64,000 nucleotides of DNA from Chitinophagaceae bacterium (GTDB taxonomy: Bacteria > Bacteroidota > Bacteroidia > Chitinophagales > Chitinophagaceae). Positions 11,901-20,559 of this stretch are shown piece by piece; position 1 is the stretch's first letter; each line of letters opens with the position of its first letter. The notes beneath the pieces are model-generated. The model did no database searches and was not told where the DNA came from. It saw nothing but the letters and a program-made list of their open reading frames with translations. Where the stretch lies: NCBI GenBank assembly GCA_031427745.1, contig JANPNY010000721.1:618-64617 (forward strand), given 5' to 3'. A program made the translations under genes and the position numbers.

Positions 11901-12615
11901 TGGAGAAATTTGTGCCCGCAGATATTGTTGGTCCGGTTGGTCCGGTGTTCATGCCGGTAACAATACAATTACTCCCCGTAGACCAATTGGATACAGGAAT
12001 TGCAGATGCCCCGGCACCGTTAAACGCATGAAAATAGCTACCGGTTGCTGCCCACGTAATGGCATTTGTACTTACAGAATTAAATGTACCCGAATTATAA
12101 GTGATAGAGCCCGAAATGTTTGCGCCACCGGTACCGGCAACATCAAAATCAAGTTTACCTCCTGATAAAACCAATGCTCCAACCACACTTATTCTTCCGC
12201 CTGTATTCGGTGATATACCAAATACACCGGAACTCATGGAAAAAGAGCTGTTAATACCCAACTGAATGGTGAGTATGTCGCCTGCTAAAATGCTACCTGC
12301 ACTTGTAAAAATGAGGGGAGTGGGATTATTAAGCGTTAAAATGTTTGTGGCAGAGTTGGTACTAAAAACAACTGAACTTGTTCCACCATTAACTTCAATT
12401 GCACCAATGGTTTGTAGTGGCACATTGGTAACTTCTATGGGGGTTGCCACATTAAAAGAAAGGACATCCGTATTTGCTACTGCAGATCTTGCAGGGCTCC
12501 AATTTGCCGCAACCTGGTAATCTCCGGTAATACCTCCTACCCACACATAGGTAGTTTGAGCAAATGTGATTTTTGCAAATGATGAGAGTATAAGTAAAAA
12601 GTATATTTTCCTCAT
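5986..12615 (-). CDS. Large (2209 aa) T9SS-secreted beta-strand-rich surface protein/adhesin
   Basis: Signal peptide; G/T/N/S-rich beta-solenoid-like body; two W-x-G...NW motifs; PLPVKFTSISA...KWTVENE...VEKSTNG domain; C-terminal ISVYPNP...LSAGIYQMEI...KVIVQ type A CTD. Confidence 0.9.
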   Translation of the reverse strand: MRKIYFLLILSSFAKITFAQTTYVWVGGITGDYQVAANWSPARSAVANTDVLSFNVATPIEVTNVPLQTIGAIEVNGGTSSVVFSTNSATNILTLNNPTPLIFTSAGSILAGDILTIQLGINSSFSMSSGVFGISPNTGGRISVVGALVLSGGKLDFDVAGTGGANISGSITYNSGTFNSVSTNAITWAATGSYFHAFNGAGASAIPVSNWSTGSNCIVTGMNTGPTGPTISAGTNFSNFTWNCAAQLGDVDFILPSSAIYINGTFSIVNTNNNYIRLFDAIISCGSYAQTGGNIILQTASGSSTLTVNGTFTHSGGVLDGVGGASVGTAKLNLKGAVIKSGTSTWSTSSSSSSAQTTIEFSGVGTQNVNIAGNWFAPVAGRSNITVSNTNATGVFLSTGTVLNVFNTSSSTPATCTMAGIITPADATAVLKYTGTATNPTELVYSSSLLQTATAVEFPNSNGPLNLTVAASNTLGVSFPAAFSRTIAGTLKLQGGNLDVGTGNVLSLTNTTLTNQLSYTSGFISSGTLGRFFPTTGLPTTPGATSLFPLGTGANDRALNVFFSSATLTGGTAGMIFVSHTPVVNTSPISIIDGTINLNKRTNTFWTISYGTFNCGSSTISLSAVAANIGSVDFYDDLRLTDGVTSFGTWINPNTGSNAVPVTGKSGLGMANINNQNLYIGGAANNPLIIIMFTWTGAGANGDWTNSANWTSTALGYPSASTEIAIINSTTGTQPTINTTDNINIYQLTVGSGITLTMAGNARINVFDAVSFTGNAVFSSTSIFTYAQSGGIQTLVDLPYTNLSIAGTAVKRFPANITITGIYTLNGGAPDVTTNANTFTLAGTGAQYVPPGNYYNLKITGNRGGAVIRLGLPNNSTKAYIHIANVFDVSSLTNFTNPPTAPFASFTTVNFSSAGTQTIPGFPYPENIENSGNGPRILDPLGATNPANVIYIRNYDRGTGAYTVTGSKINFFTIGNKDYVYYLYNHTFNDLEFSGNHKGYKFEIADNTNLYILGKFSNSLTNYKQVIKNVSFVFNGVVDQTITGFKTNGVTPAFKYPNIVIQGGNRNVTLSNTDTIGITGKLQVPLASSNQTVASIVIVPFSAGKGFIVDGSTVNFSTGSDIIPQLFPAVSGAKNYENIVVSSGTRSMEKDSIIIGGNLSIGMDSAIATVTSSATLKIGSGAGNRTLFVLGNLSIGGLLSSPITTGQVDMNTGTTGATTLNLAGNLTISGNGQLMGTTTDNTNNGTVVFNAVTPQTYSNTSTTFKNGRVNFTVGNGTIASNLILGSSIDLLASTFTANKSTIRVRTNASINCSTNNIISNGTGNAIFNLNSGATFITANTGGIEGTATNGTNGTIINDTLKVAKTYNPSANYVFNGATTTPFPDTIATMANLTINANVTLNRAIVANGTLDLTASTLTQAAKNLRFAGLASTTGNIYADKSSTLSIRGGILPVGTLRFATGGNITGQLTINRTTPTIVLLGSDLTIDKTPLSGNFITGSATDVLDINGNTLTINGTTINFSTGIPSGLGTLSGSATSNLTLGNTSSSSFNINFTSGKQVLKNLTLLNAANPTLGTPLEITGGAAANSEGTVSITGTSKLTSSGNLTIKSNGFGTARVAAVAIAGGYIIGDVTVERFLDVKRAWRFLAAPTVGQTIKQSWQENQAAGVNPGTGYGTIITSNLGGWAAAGFDFLSPSNSLLTYNAATNVWAGAAATNVAISAVGGNNSYMLFSRGDRSVLPSMGTAAIPTTVLTRTKGTLFQGNLPAVTVTAGKFAAIGNNYAAAIDFSLLNKLNISESFDVWDPKLGSLGAWVKFASVNGWKPLISGGNYDVNTANQRIESGQAFMVYNSTASNGSVTLLESSKIAQSRLVSRPAGITGATRQIFTSHLYNTSNANNNMIDANVVVFSDDYSNVIDGKDALKMNNFTENFGIQKGSQTLIVEARQSLVDTDTIFFNFNKVKRQSYRLEFVAENFDNNLVGYLEDKFLDNNTLIHMNGTTAVNFSITTDPASAVADRFRVVFLKVLPLPVKFTSISATQQNTAIAVKWTVENEINISKYDVEKSTNGINFVKINTTVATGTNNSSTTYNFLDITPLQGNNFYRIRSYNQSGSFDYSKIVLVKLGKTGTGISVYPNPLKDNQIGIAFNNMEKGAYQIRLINSLGQIMLTKQLTHPGGSSMVVFTSERGLSAGIYQMEIVTQDNKHTIKVIVQ

Positions 12616-12857
12616 GGGGATTACATAAAATTGTGACCGGACTTTAATTTTTTCCTTGTAAAGACATATTTATAAATGGTTGTCTTTTTATAAAAATAGT
12701 AATGGAACAATACAAAGGTTTGTCTCGATTGAGGGATAGGGTTACACGGTTAAAAAAGGAACGTTAAAATAGTAATTTTATTTTAGATGTTAATAGCTTT
12801 TACTGTAAAACTAATAAGATTATCCTGCAAATTTTAATTTTTAACATTTTCCGGAAG

Positions 12858-13805
12858 TTATTTAACCGACATCGGCAATAGCTTTTTTATTAAAATATTA
12901 CAAAAAATCTCCACTCCGGTTTTGTTCAAGTGCCTGAAATCGGCAAATAATTGAGGGTTGGTGTTAAAATACGCATCCCTCGAATAATCAAAAAAATCAG
13001 TATCATTTTCGGCTGCAATTTTTTTTGCTACTATAATGGAAGTATCCGTTCCAATGGAATTGATAAGGTATGGTGGACAGACAATATATAAGGGAATGTT
13101 TGCCTTTTTACAATCCTGGATAAATGCTTTGTAAGTATTTATTTTCTTACTATCCAACGCCGTTTCTTTGGTATAATCTATTGTTTCCATTTCCCCGGTG
13201 AATGTTTCCTCTGTGGGGATATAACCCTTTAAGTGAGTGAATTTTCTTTTGCCATATGCTGTATTTCCTGAAATGATCGGCAATAAAAGGGAATTGTAAG
13301 GGTAGATGCAGGAAAGTAATTTTACTTGTTCGAAGGGACCTTTTAAAGTAACGATATCACGAATTTCCGGGTGGTCACTGTAATAAGGTAACAACGGAGC
13401 CATACGGTCGTAAGATTCCTGGTTTTTATTAAAACTTCCTGCATCAAAACTTAATAGAATGGTTTTAGGTTCATATCTTTTTAAAACACATTGCAGAACT
13501 GCGTAGTGATAAAAAACCGGCGCACCGTATCTTCCCGCATTGAAACAGGATACGCCCATTTGCGTTTCAAATATCCTGGGGTTAAAAATATTTGCAGCCC
13601 TTGAAGAACCAAATATCAGTACATCATCTGTTGTTTTATCAATGGCATAGGTAGTTAGATAATCATTTCCTGCTTGCTGTTTAAAATAAAAAATTTTAAG
13701 CATAGCACCTGCTAATCTATCCAAAATAAAAACCACTATAATAAATACAAACAGCTTTAAAAAAAATGATTTCAGCGTATTGGCATTAATTAATTTAATC
13801 ATCAT
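12858..13805 (-). CDS. Membrane-anchored SGNH-fold (DltD/AlgJ/AlgX-like) acyltransferase partner
   Basis: N-terminal TM; LIFGSSRA (block I Ser), FNAGRYG, C-terminal DFRHLN (DxxH); follows an MBOAT gene. Confidence 0.75.
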   Translation of the reverse strand: MMIKLINANTLKSFFLKLFVFIIVVFILDRLAGAMLKIFYFKQQAGNDYLTTYAIDKTTDDVLIFGSSRAANIFNPRIFETQMGVSCFNAGRYGAPVFYHYAVLQCVLKRYEPKTILLSFDAGSFNKNQESYDRMAPLLPYYSDHPEIRDIVTLKGPFEQVKLLSCIYPYNSLLLPIISGNTAYGKRKFTHLKGYIPTEETFTGEMETIDYTKETALDSKKINTYKAFIQDCKKANIPLYIVCPPYLINSIGTDTSIIVAKKIAAENDTDFFDYSRDAYFNTNPQLFADFRHLNKTGVEIFCNILIKKLLPMSVK

Positions 13806-13813
13806 CTAACACC

Positions 13814-15244
13814 TTAAAATTGAAAATAAATAAATTGTCCACCATCAAAGACCCCTACTAAAATGATGAGTAGTACCAATATACTGTAATAGGAAGTGCG
13901 TACCCAAAAGTTTTTATTGTGTGAAAATGAAAAACTACCCGTGTAAAACTCTCTTTTAAACTCAACAATCAACAACATAAACATGGCCAAAAAACTATAA
14001 ATAATAATGGCCGTTCCACCATTAAAAATAGACCCTTTAAAGGTTAGCATTTTTTTAAAAACAGTAAAAGCATCTTCTACGGATCTTGCTCTAAAAAAAA
14101 CTCTTGACAGGCTTATTAATATAAATGTCACAACAATTTGAATAAAAAGATTTAAACGGGGAACCTTATTCAACCCAATTAACGCACCCATCTTCTCCCT
14201 GTATTTTTTTGTAATAATGGCAAATACCAGGTAAACTCCGTTGATACCTCCCCAGATAATATAAGTCCAGTTGGCACCATGCCACAAGCCACTTATCAAA
14301 AAAACAATCATCAAATTCATGTAGGTCCGGGCAACCGAGCCCCTGTTGCCCCCGAGTGGAAAATATAAATAATCTTTAAACCATGTAGATAAAGATATAT
14401 GCCAGCGTTTCCAAAACTCACCCGTACTTTTTGCAAATAACGGACGCTTAAAGTTTGTCATTAAATTGAACCCCATAACTTTTGCAGCGCCAATTGCCAT
14501 ATCGGAATAGCCTGAAAAGTCGCAATATATCTGAAAGGAGAAAAAGATGGTTGCCATTATAAATGTCATTCCATCTTGCTGATGTAAATGATTATAGGCA
14601 CCGTCTACATAAATACCCAATCTATCTGCAACAACTAATTTTTTAAATATCCCCCAAATCATTATTTTAATTCCTTCAAAAACCCTGTCGCCATCGAATA
14701 AATGTTTTTCCCTGAATTGGTGCAACAGGTTTTGCGGTCTTTCAATTGGCCCCGCAACTAACTGTGGATAAAACATTACATAGAGCGCATACAGTCCAAA
14801 ATGCCTTTCCGTTTTTTGTTTACATCTATACACTTCTATTGTGTAACTCATTGCCTGGAAAGTATGGAACGAAAGGCCAATTGGCAAAAGAATAGACAAA
14901 TATGGCATTGGATTAGAAAGCCCAAAGCCATGGAGCAAAAAGGAAAAGTTGGCGTTAATAAAATTGTAGTATTTAAAAACACACAAAATTCCGATGTTGG
15001 CTACCAGGCTTATGATAAGATAGAGCCTTCGTCGTTTACCTGCTGATTTTTCTATAAGAATGCCGGCGAAATAATCCACGACGATAGTAAACCCTAAAAT
15101 AAAGATATAAATGGGCACAAAGGCCATATAAAAATAACAGCTGCTCGCCAACAATAAAACCCATCTTTTACTAAAGGGAAGTAAAAAGTAAGCAGTAGTA
15201 ACAATGATAAAGAAGGAAACAAAATGAAATGAGTTAAAAAGCAT
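13814..15244 (-). CDS. MBOAT O-acyltransferase (AlgI/DltB-like)
   Basis: MLFNS N-terminus, LPIGLSFHTFQ, FYPQLVAGPIER, DFSGYSDMA, FWKRWHISLS, GLWHGANW (catalytic His), C-terminal FIYFQF. Confidence 0.95.
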   Translation of the reverse strand: MLFNSFHFVSFFIIVTTAYFLLPFSKRWVLLLASSCYFYMAFVPIYIFILGFTIVVDYFAGILIEKSAGKRRRLYLIISLVANIGILCVFKYYNFINANFSFLLHGFGLSNPMPYLSILLPIGLSFHTFQAMSYTIEVYRCKQKTERHFGLYALYVMFYPQLVAGPIERPQNLLHQFREKHLFDGDRVFEGIKIMIWGIFKKLVVADRLGIYVDGAYNHLHQQDGMTFIMATIFFSFQIYCDFSGYSDMAIGAAKVMGFNLMTNFKRPLFAKSTGEFWKRWHISLSTWFKDYLYFPLGGNRGSVARTYMNLMIVFLISGLWHGANWTYIIWGGINGVYLVFAIITKKYREKMGALIGLNKVPRLNLFIQIVVTFILISLSRVFFRARSVEDAFTVFKKMLTFKGSIFNGGTAIIIYSFLAMFMLLIVEFKREFYTGSFSFSHNKNFWVRTSYYSILVLLIILVGVFDGGQFIYFQF

Positions 15245-15330
15245 CTATTTCAAAATTTAATTATCTTAAAGCGGGAATATTTTTTGAACGGGAAATTATA
15301 ATAAATTAACAACCAACATCAACAAATTTA

Positions 15331-16281
15331 CTATCGCCTCGATAGAATAGAATCAATCACTTTGTTAGAAAATATTTTAGACCCCACCATGTTTACATGA
15401 ACCGTATCATCAAATAACTGGGGGCTCTTTAGGAAATATTCGTCTTTTGAAAAATCTATAAAATCAATGGAATTTTTATATGCAATGTCCTTTACAATTT
15501 CCATAGATATATCTTTTCCCATTGAATTAAAATAGTACGGTGCATTAACTATGTATAGTTTTATGTTTGCTTTTTCACAATCGTTTATAAATGCCTTGTA
15601 GCAGTTAAGTTTATTGCTATCCAGATTATATGGTTTAGATAAGTTTACTGCTCTTGCCGTTTCGTTAAGGGATCTTAATAATGGCACGTATCCATTAATA
15701 TCTTCTTTTTCTTCATTGCCTGATTTAATATTTCCTTTTACAATTTTCAATAGCATTGAATTATAGGGATAAATGCTGGATTGAAGTTTAAACTTCTCAT
15801 ATGGACTTCGTAATTCAATTATTGAACGCATCTCCGGATGACTTTTATAGAAGGGTAGTAAGATTGAAATTCTATCATAACTACTCTGGCTTTCTTTAAA
15901 TACCTCATTTTCAATATCCAGGATGATCATTTTAGGAAGATGTCTGCTCAATATCGCTTTTAATACCGCATAATAATAAAAGATAGGTTCGCCATCCCTG
16001 CCAACATTGTAGCAGGTTTGTTTCATTCGTTCTTCAAAATAAAGTGGATTGTATTGTTGCTGCGCCCTTGAAGCTCCAAAGATTAAAATATCGGCTTGGG
16101 TATCTTCAATAGAATATTTGGTTCTGTATTCCCAGCCAGAGCTTTGACTAAGATAAAACTTATTAAATATTCCACCGATGACACGGTCGAAAAAGAAGGC
16201 CAGCAATAAAAATGCAGCCAGCTTTATAAATAAATATAAATAGCCTTTTTTTTGTAATATCTTTTTAAACGCTTCCATCAT
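15331..16281 (-). CDS. Membrane-anchored SGNH-fold (DltD/AlgJ/AlgX-like) acyltransferase partner, paralog of 12858..13805
   Basis: N-terminal TM; LIFGASRA, YNVGRDG, DTVHVN (DxxH); shared SYDR...LLP, IYPYNS motifs. Confidence 0.75.
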   Translation of the reverse strand: MMEAFKKILQKKGYLYLFIKLAAFLLLAFFFDRVIGGIFNKFYLSQSSGWEYRTKYSIEDTQADILIFGASRAQQQYNPLYFEERMKQTCYNVGRDGEPIFYYYAVLKAILSRHLPKMIILDIENEVFKESQSSYDRISILLPFYKSHPEMRSIIELRSPYEKFKLQSSIYPYNSMLLKIVKGNIKSGNEEKEDINGYVPLLRSLNETARAVNLSKPYNLDSNKLNCYKAFINDCEKANIKLYIVNAPYYFNSMGKDISMEIVKDIAYKNSIDFIDFSKDEYFLKSPQLFDDTVHVNMVGSKIFSNKVIDSILSRR

Positions 16282-16293
16282 ACCAATTCCTTA

Positions 16294-17745
16294 TCAAAAT
16301 TGAAAATATATAAACTCGCCGCCATCAAAAACACCCGCTAATAAAATAATTATCAGCAGCAAACAGTAATAGCAGTTACGTACTAACCAAAACTTGTTTT
16401 GAGATAAAGTAAATAAATCATTGAAAAATTCCTTTTTAAATTCAACCAGCATCATAAAGCCAACACCTAAAATGGAAAAGATTATGATGGATGGGTTTTC
16501 CGTGTAAACAGATCCTTTGGCTGTAAAAATTCTTTTTATAATTGTAAAAGCCGCCGTTAAACTTTCTGCCCTAAAAAAAATTAGTGAAAGGGTAAAATAA
16601 GCAACGGTAAAAACAATTCCGGTAATACTGTTGAGCAAGTCGGGTATTTTTTTTCGAATGTTTTTACGGGCTTTACGGGTAAAAAATTCGATGGTAAGTA
16701 TCAGCCCTTGTAAGGTGCCAAATACAATAAAAGTCCAGTTGGCCCCGTGCCAAAAACCCAATACTATAAACGTTGTAAAAAACGCATAAACCACACTCCA
16801 GTTACCCCAGTCTCTTTTTGCAATAGCAATTGGGTTGTAAAAATAATCTGCAAACCAGGTTGATAAAGATATATGCCATTTGCGCCAAAATTCTGTGACA
16901 GATTTTGCAAAAAGGGGCCTGTTAAAATTTTGTATCAAATCGTACCCTAACATTTTTGCAAAGCCAAGTGCCATATCGGTGTATCCCGAAAAATCGGCAT
17001 ACATCTGAAATACATAAAAAACAACAGCAATCGTCAAGGTTATTCCGGAATGATGTTCCGTGTTACCCAACACAGAATTTACATAGATGGATAACCTCTC
17101 TGCAACAACTAATTTTTTAAAAACGCCCCATAAAACAAGCTTTAAACCGGTGCTTATATTTTCATAAATGAATGCTTTTTGCTGTTTAATTTGTGGTAAA
17201 AAGTTGTGTGCCCTTTCTACTGGTCCGGCTACTATTTTTGGAAAAAAAAGCAGGAATGTTGAAAAATGCCCCAGTTTTTTTTCTGCGGCCTGGTTTCCTC
17301 TTTTTATTTCCACCAAATAACCAATTGCCTGAAAAGTAATATAAGATATGCCCAGCGGTGCAAGTACATTTATTAAAAAATAATTTTGCACCGGAGGGGT
17401 TGAATGAAAAAGCCTGCTGGTGAAAAAATTAACTACATCTACAACGTTTGATGTAAAAAAATTGCTGTATTTAAAAAAAACCAATACGCCGATATTTGAG
17501 ACGATTGCTAACAAATAATATCGGAACGCAATTTTAGGCGCTACAGCATTTTCGATTTTTTTTGCTGCATAAAAAGTAACAAGCGCAATAAATGCCACCA
17601 CTAAAACACAGGCAGAATTACTATAGGTATAAAAAAAAATGCTCGATAATAAAAGCCATATCCAACGAAGTTTTACGGGCAGTAAATAATTTAGTATTAT
17701 CACCATTATAAAAAACAGTGCAAATACAACTGAAGTAAAAATCAT
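16294..17745 (-). CDS. MBOAT O-acyltransferase (AlgI/DltB-like), second copy
   Basis: PLGISYITFQ, FFPKIVAGPVER, DFSGYTDMA, FWRKWHISLS, GFWHGANW, C-terminal FIYFQF. Confidence 0.95.
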   Translation of the reverse strand: MIFTSVVFALFFIMVIILNYLLPVKLRWIWLLLSSIFFYTYSNSACVLVVAFIALVTFYAAKKIENAVAPKIAFRYYLLAIVSNIGVLVFFKYSNFFTSNVVDVVNFFTSRLFHSTPPVQNYFLINVLAPLGISYITFQAIGYLVEIKRGNQAAEKKLGHFSTFLLFFPKIVAGPVERAHNFLPQIKQQKAFIYENISTGLKLVLWGVFKKLVVAERLSIYVNSVLGNTEHHSGITLTIAVVFYVFQMYADFSGYTDMALGFAKMLGYDLIQNFNRPLFAKSVTEFWRKWHISLSTWFADYFYNPIAIAKRDWGNWSVVYAFFTTFIVLGFWHGANWTFIVFGTLQGLILTIEFFTRKARKNIRKKIPDLLNSITGIVFTVAYFTLSLIFFRAESLTAAFTIIKRIFTAKGSVYTENPSIIIFSILGVGFMMLVEFKKEFFNDLFTLSQNKFWLVRNCYYCLLLIIILLAGVFDGGEFIYFQF

Positions 17746-17890
17746 AATTCCCGGTTTGGGGGTTCAGGTTTTTTGGAGAAATAGTTAATGGAAAAATCAG
17801 ATTCTTATAAACGTTTAAAATTCAAAAATTGCCTGATCCATTGACTACTTTTAAAAATAACTTTCCAGTATTAGCTAACAAATTATATTG

Positions 17891-18136
17891 TCATATTGTT
17901 AGCTTATTATTGATGCTGTCTACCAGTGCACCTACGTTTTTCCATTCCTGTATTTCCTTTGATGTAAAGCGTATTTTAAAATGTTTTTCAATCGCTACAA
18001 CCAATTGGATATGGGTTAAAGAATCCCATCCTTCTACCTCTTTAGCTGTTGATGCTTCATTTAAATTGATTTTTTCCTCATCAATAACATCGATAAAAAT
18101 TTCATTTAGTTGTAGTAGTATGCTGCTTCGATCCAT
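17891..18136 (-). CDS. Acyl carrier protein
   Basis: 81 aa acidic protein with [18 protein letters not shown] (phosphopantetheine Ser); start set at ATG 18136, 5 nt after the FkbH stop. Confidence 0.93.
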   Translation of the reverse strand: MDRSSILLQLNEIFIDVIDEEKINLNEASTAKEVEGWDSLTHIQLVVAIEKHFKIRFTSKEIQEWKNVGALVDSINNKLTI

Positions 18137-18141
18137 ATTTT

Positions 18142-19866
18142 TTATTTTGTTGAAATTAAGCATTCTTTAGGCTCATATGTTAATACATCCAATTCCCAAA
18201 AATTACCGGTTTGTTGAAACCCCAGCTTTAAATAATGACCTTTCACCATTTCATTTTTTTCTGTTGGAATGTATTCTCCTTTTACGGTTGAATACCCCTT
18301 TTCTTTTGCATAGTTTACAATTGTGTTGAGCACAAAATGCTCCATGCCACGCTTTAAAACCCTGCAGCTCATTAACCAGGTATCTACAAACAAAATGTTT
18401 TTATTCTCAGTCTTAAGAATGAGCACACAAATAAGTCCATTATCACCATATTTATCTTCTAATGTAAAGGAAAATGTATGGTAATCTTGATTTTTATTAC
18501 TAAGCATTTCCACATCTGCCTCGGTATAACGAAGAGTTCGTAAATTAAATTGGTTAGAACGCTGAGAAAGTTGCGCAACCCTGGGTGAATTAAATTTATT
18601 GAACGGTTCCACCAATGAAACCATATTCAGGCTTTTAAGAAAATCGGCTTCGTTGGTAAAGTTTTTTTGAAGCATATTTCTTTTTGCTTCTACCTGGTAT
18701 TGCGTCGTTCTTTCAGCATCTTCATCAGAAAATGAGATGGTTTCAAAGAGATTTAACTGATATAAAAATTCCAGGTAATCGGCAGGATCTTCTGGTAACT
18801 CTGGCACCGTAATTCCCGGGATATTTTCTCTTACAATATTCCTTTCAAATGGATTATCGTCAAGAAATACCATTGAATCGAAACCGATATTAAGTATGCT
18901 TTGTATATACCGGATGTTGTCGGCTTTGTTTTCCCAGTTGGCCACAAACACTGCAAAATCTTCCAGTCTTAACACCATGTCAGGGTGTTTCTCAAAAGGT
19001 TCCTTTGCAACAGACGCTGTATTTTTACTGCAAACAGCTAAAATAATACCCCTGTTTTTTAGCTTTTTTATCCAATATTGAAACTCGGTGAATGCTTTGC
19101 CAATTCCCAAACTGCCTACCTGGATATTTTGCAAACCATCATCTCCTATAATTCCTCCCCACATGGTATTATCAAGGTCAATAATTAAACATTTTTTAAA
19201 TTTACCATTCATCGCCGCTATCAAATCAAGTGTTTTTAAGGCAACTTCCGGCAATATGTCAATACTCAAAACCATCTCTGTATTGATGTAAACAGATGTA
19301 TGAAAAAAATTGCTTTTACCAACCTGATTTTGTAGAGAAGATAAATCACAGAGATAAAAATTAGGATTTTTTGTTGCAAATACCATCAACTCGTAATTGA
19401 GTTTGCGCAATTGATACAAAAAGGATGAGGCTACTTTATTGGCGTAATTGCCAAATACAGCATCGTTTATTTCTGTGTAATTATAATAAATGATTTTTGA
19501 TTGCAGCCTGGAGCTGATTGTGCTGGTTAAATTATCAACCAATGCCAGTTGGTGCTCTGCTAAACTACTGTATTTATCAGGCTTCAGTTTATTGTATGTT
19601 GCAAGGAGTTTATGAGCAGATTGAAATACAATTACAATTTCGGGTTTAAACTCATACAGCTCCGAACTGGGATCAAAAACCTGGCGTTCAATCTGGTTAA
19701 AGTCAGCTTCCCATATTTGCAGGTCAAACCCATAATCAAAACCAGCTCCACGCAGGGCCTGTTGTAAAAACTGAGTAGCAGTATCGCCCAGTATAGCAAC
19801 TTTAATTACATTTAAACTGCTGTAATCTTTTTTTAAATTCTTTTTTAATTGGGAAAATGTGGGCAT
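18142..19866 (-). CDS. fkbH: FkbH-like HAD-IIIC phosphatase/glyceryl transferase with N-terminal extension and C-terminal GNAT domain
   Basis: [20 protein letters not shown] (DxDxT), [52 protein letters not shown] (acyl-carrying Cys). Confidence 0.93.
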   Translation of the reverse strand: MPTFSQLKKNLKKDYSSLNVIKVAILGDTATQFLQQALRGAGFDYGFDLQIWEADFNQIERQVFDPSSELYEFKPEIVIVFQSAHKLLATYNKLKPDKYSSLAEHQLALVDNLTSTISSRLQSKIIYYNYTEINDAVFGNYANKVASSFLYQLRKLNYELMVFATKNPNFYLCDLSSLQNQVGKSNFFHTSVYINTEMVLSIDILPEVALKTLDLIAAMNGKFKKCLIIDLDNTMWGGIIGDDGLQNIQVGSLGIGKAFTEFQYWIKKLKNRGIILAVCSKNTASVAKEPFEKHPDMVLRLEDFAVFVANWENKADNIRYIQSILNIGFDSMVFLDDNPFERNIVRENIPGITVPELPEDPADYLEFLYQLNLFETISFSDEDAERTTQYQVEAKRNMLQKNFTNEADFLKSLNMVSLVEPFNKFNSPRVAQLSQRSNQFNLRTLRYTEADVEMLSNKNQDYHTFSFTLEDKYGDNGLICVLILKTENKNILFVDTWLMSCRVLKRGMEHFVLNTIVNYAKEKGYSTVKGEYIPTEKNEMVKGHYLKLGFQQTGNFWELDVLTYEPKECLISTK

Positions 19867-20504
19867 ATATCCGATGTACGATGTAAAACTTTTTTAAAAT
19901 TATGAGTGGGTAATCTTTATATAAAATTACATTGATAACAACTTGTAAAGTACTTGAAAATTCTATTAAAAGTAGTAGCCTTAAAAAGTGCCACCCAGCC
20001 CTGAAATTAAAAAAGTTCATCTAACTTATGCACTGCCTAGATGACGATTTTCGATTTCATATACGGCAGATTTTACATCAAAGATTTTGGGTGTTCTCTC
20101 CATTTTTAATGCCGGTAGCATATATCAATATGGATAAAACCCATTAATGAGTAATTTATTGAGGAAAAACGTTTTTTTAGCAAAGAAATTGTCGCATTGG
20201 AGCAAGAATAAAATACTATGAATAGATGGAAAGCTAGTGATTAAAATACCTACTACTTTTTTGTGTTAAACAAAACTCAATTACCGACCCATTTAAGCTA
20301 CGGATAGGGAATATTTATATTTAATATAAAGTTCTAAAAGGAAGTAGGCAACGCTAATTTATAACTCTAATTTAATTATTTTAAACCAGATATATATTTA
20401 TAATTTAAATAATTCGTTAGTGTGGTCGTTAACTGTTGTATAAATTCCATCAACTTGACATTGGTTGTGGCAAAATAAATCGAATGTAAATGCGTTCTAT
20501 GCAT

Positions 20505-20533
20505 GTTGATTTCAGGTTAATTCTGAAATTAAC
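20505..20533. promoter_or_regulatory. Imperfect 11-bp inverted repeat (candidate operator or RNA hairpin) in the divergent promoter region
   Basis: GTTGATTTCAG-gttaatt-CTGAAATTAAC, one mismatch. Confidence 0.35.
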
Positions 20534-20559
20534 CCTATTCCTATAAAAAATCCGACACC

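Noticed and set aside
18142-19866. FkbH + ACP as part of a polyketide or tetronate biosynthetic cluster
   Set aside because: No KS, FabH-like, NRPS or acyl-ACP dehydrogenase genes in the window; the neighbours are MBOAT/SGNH and glycan genes
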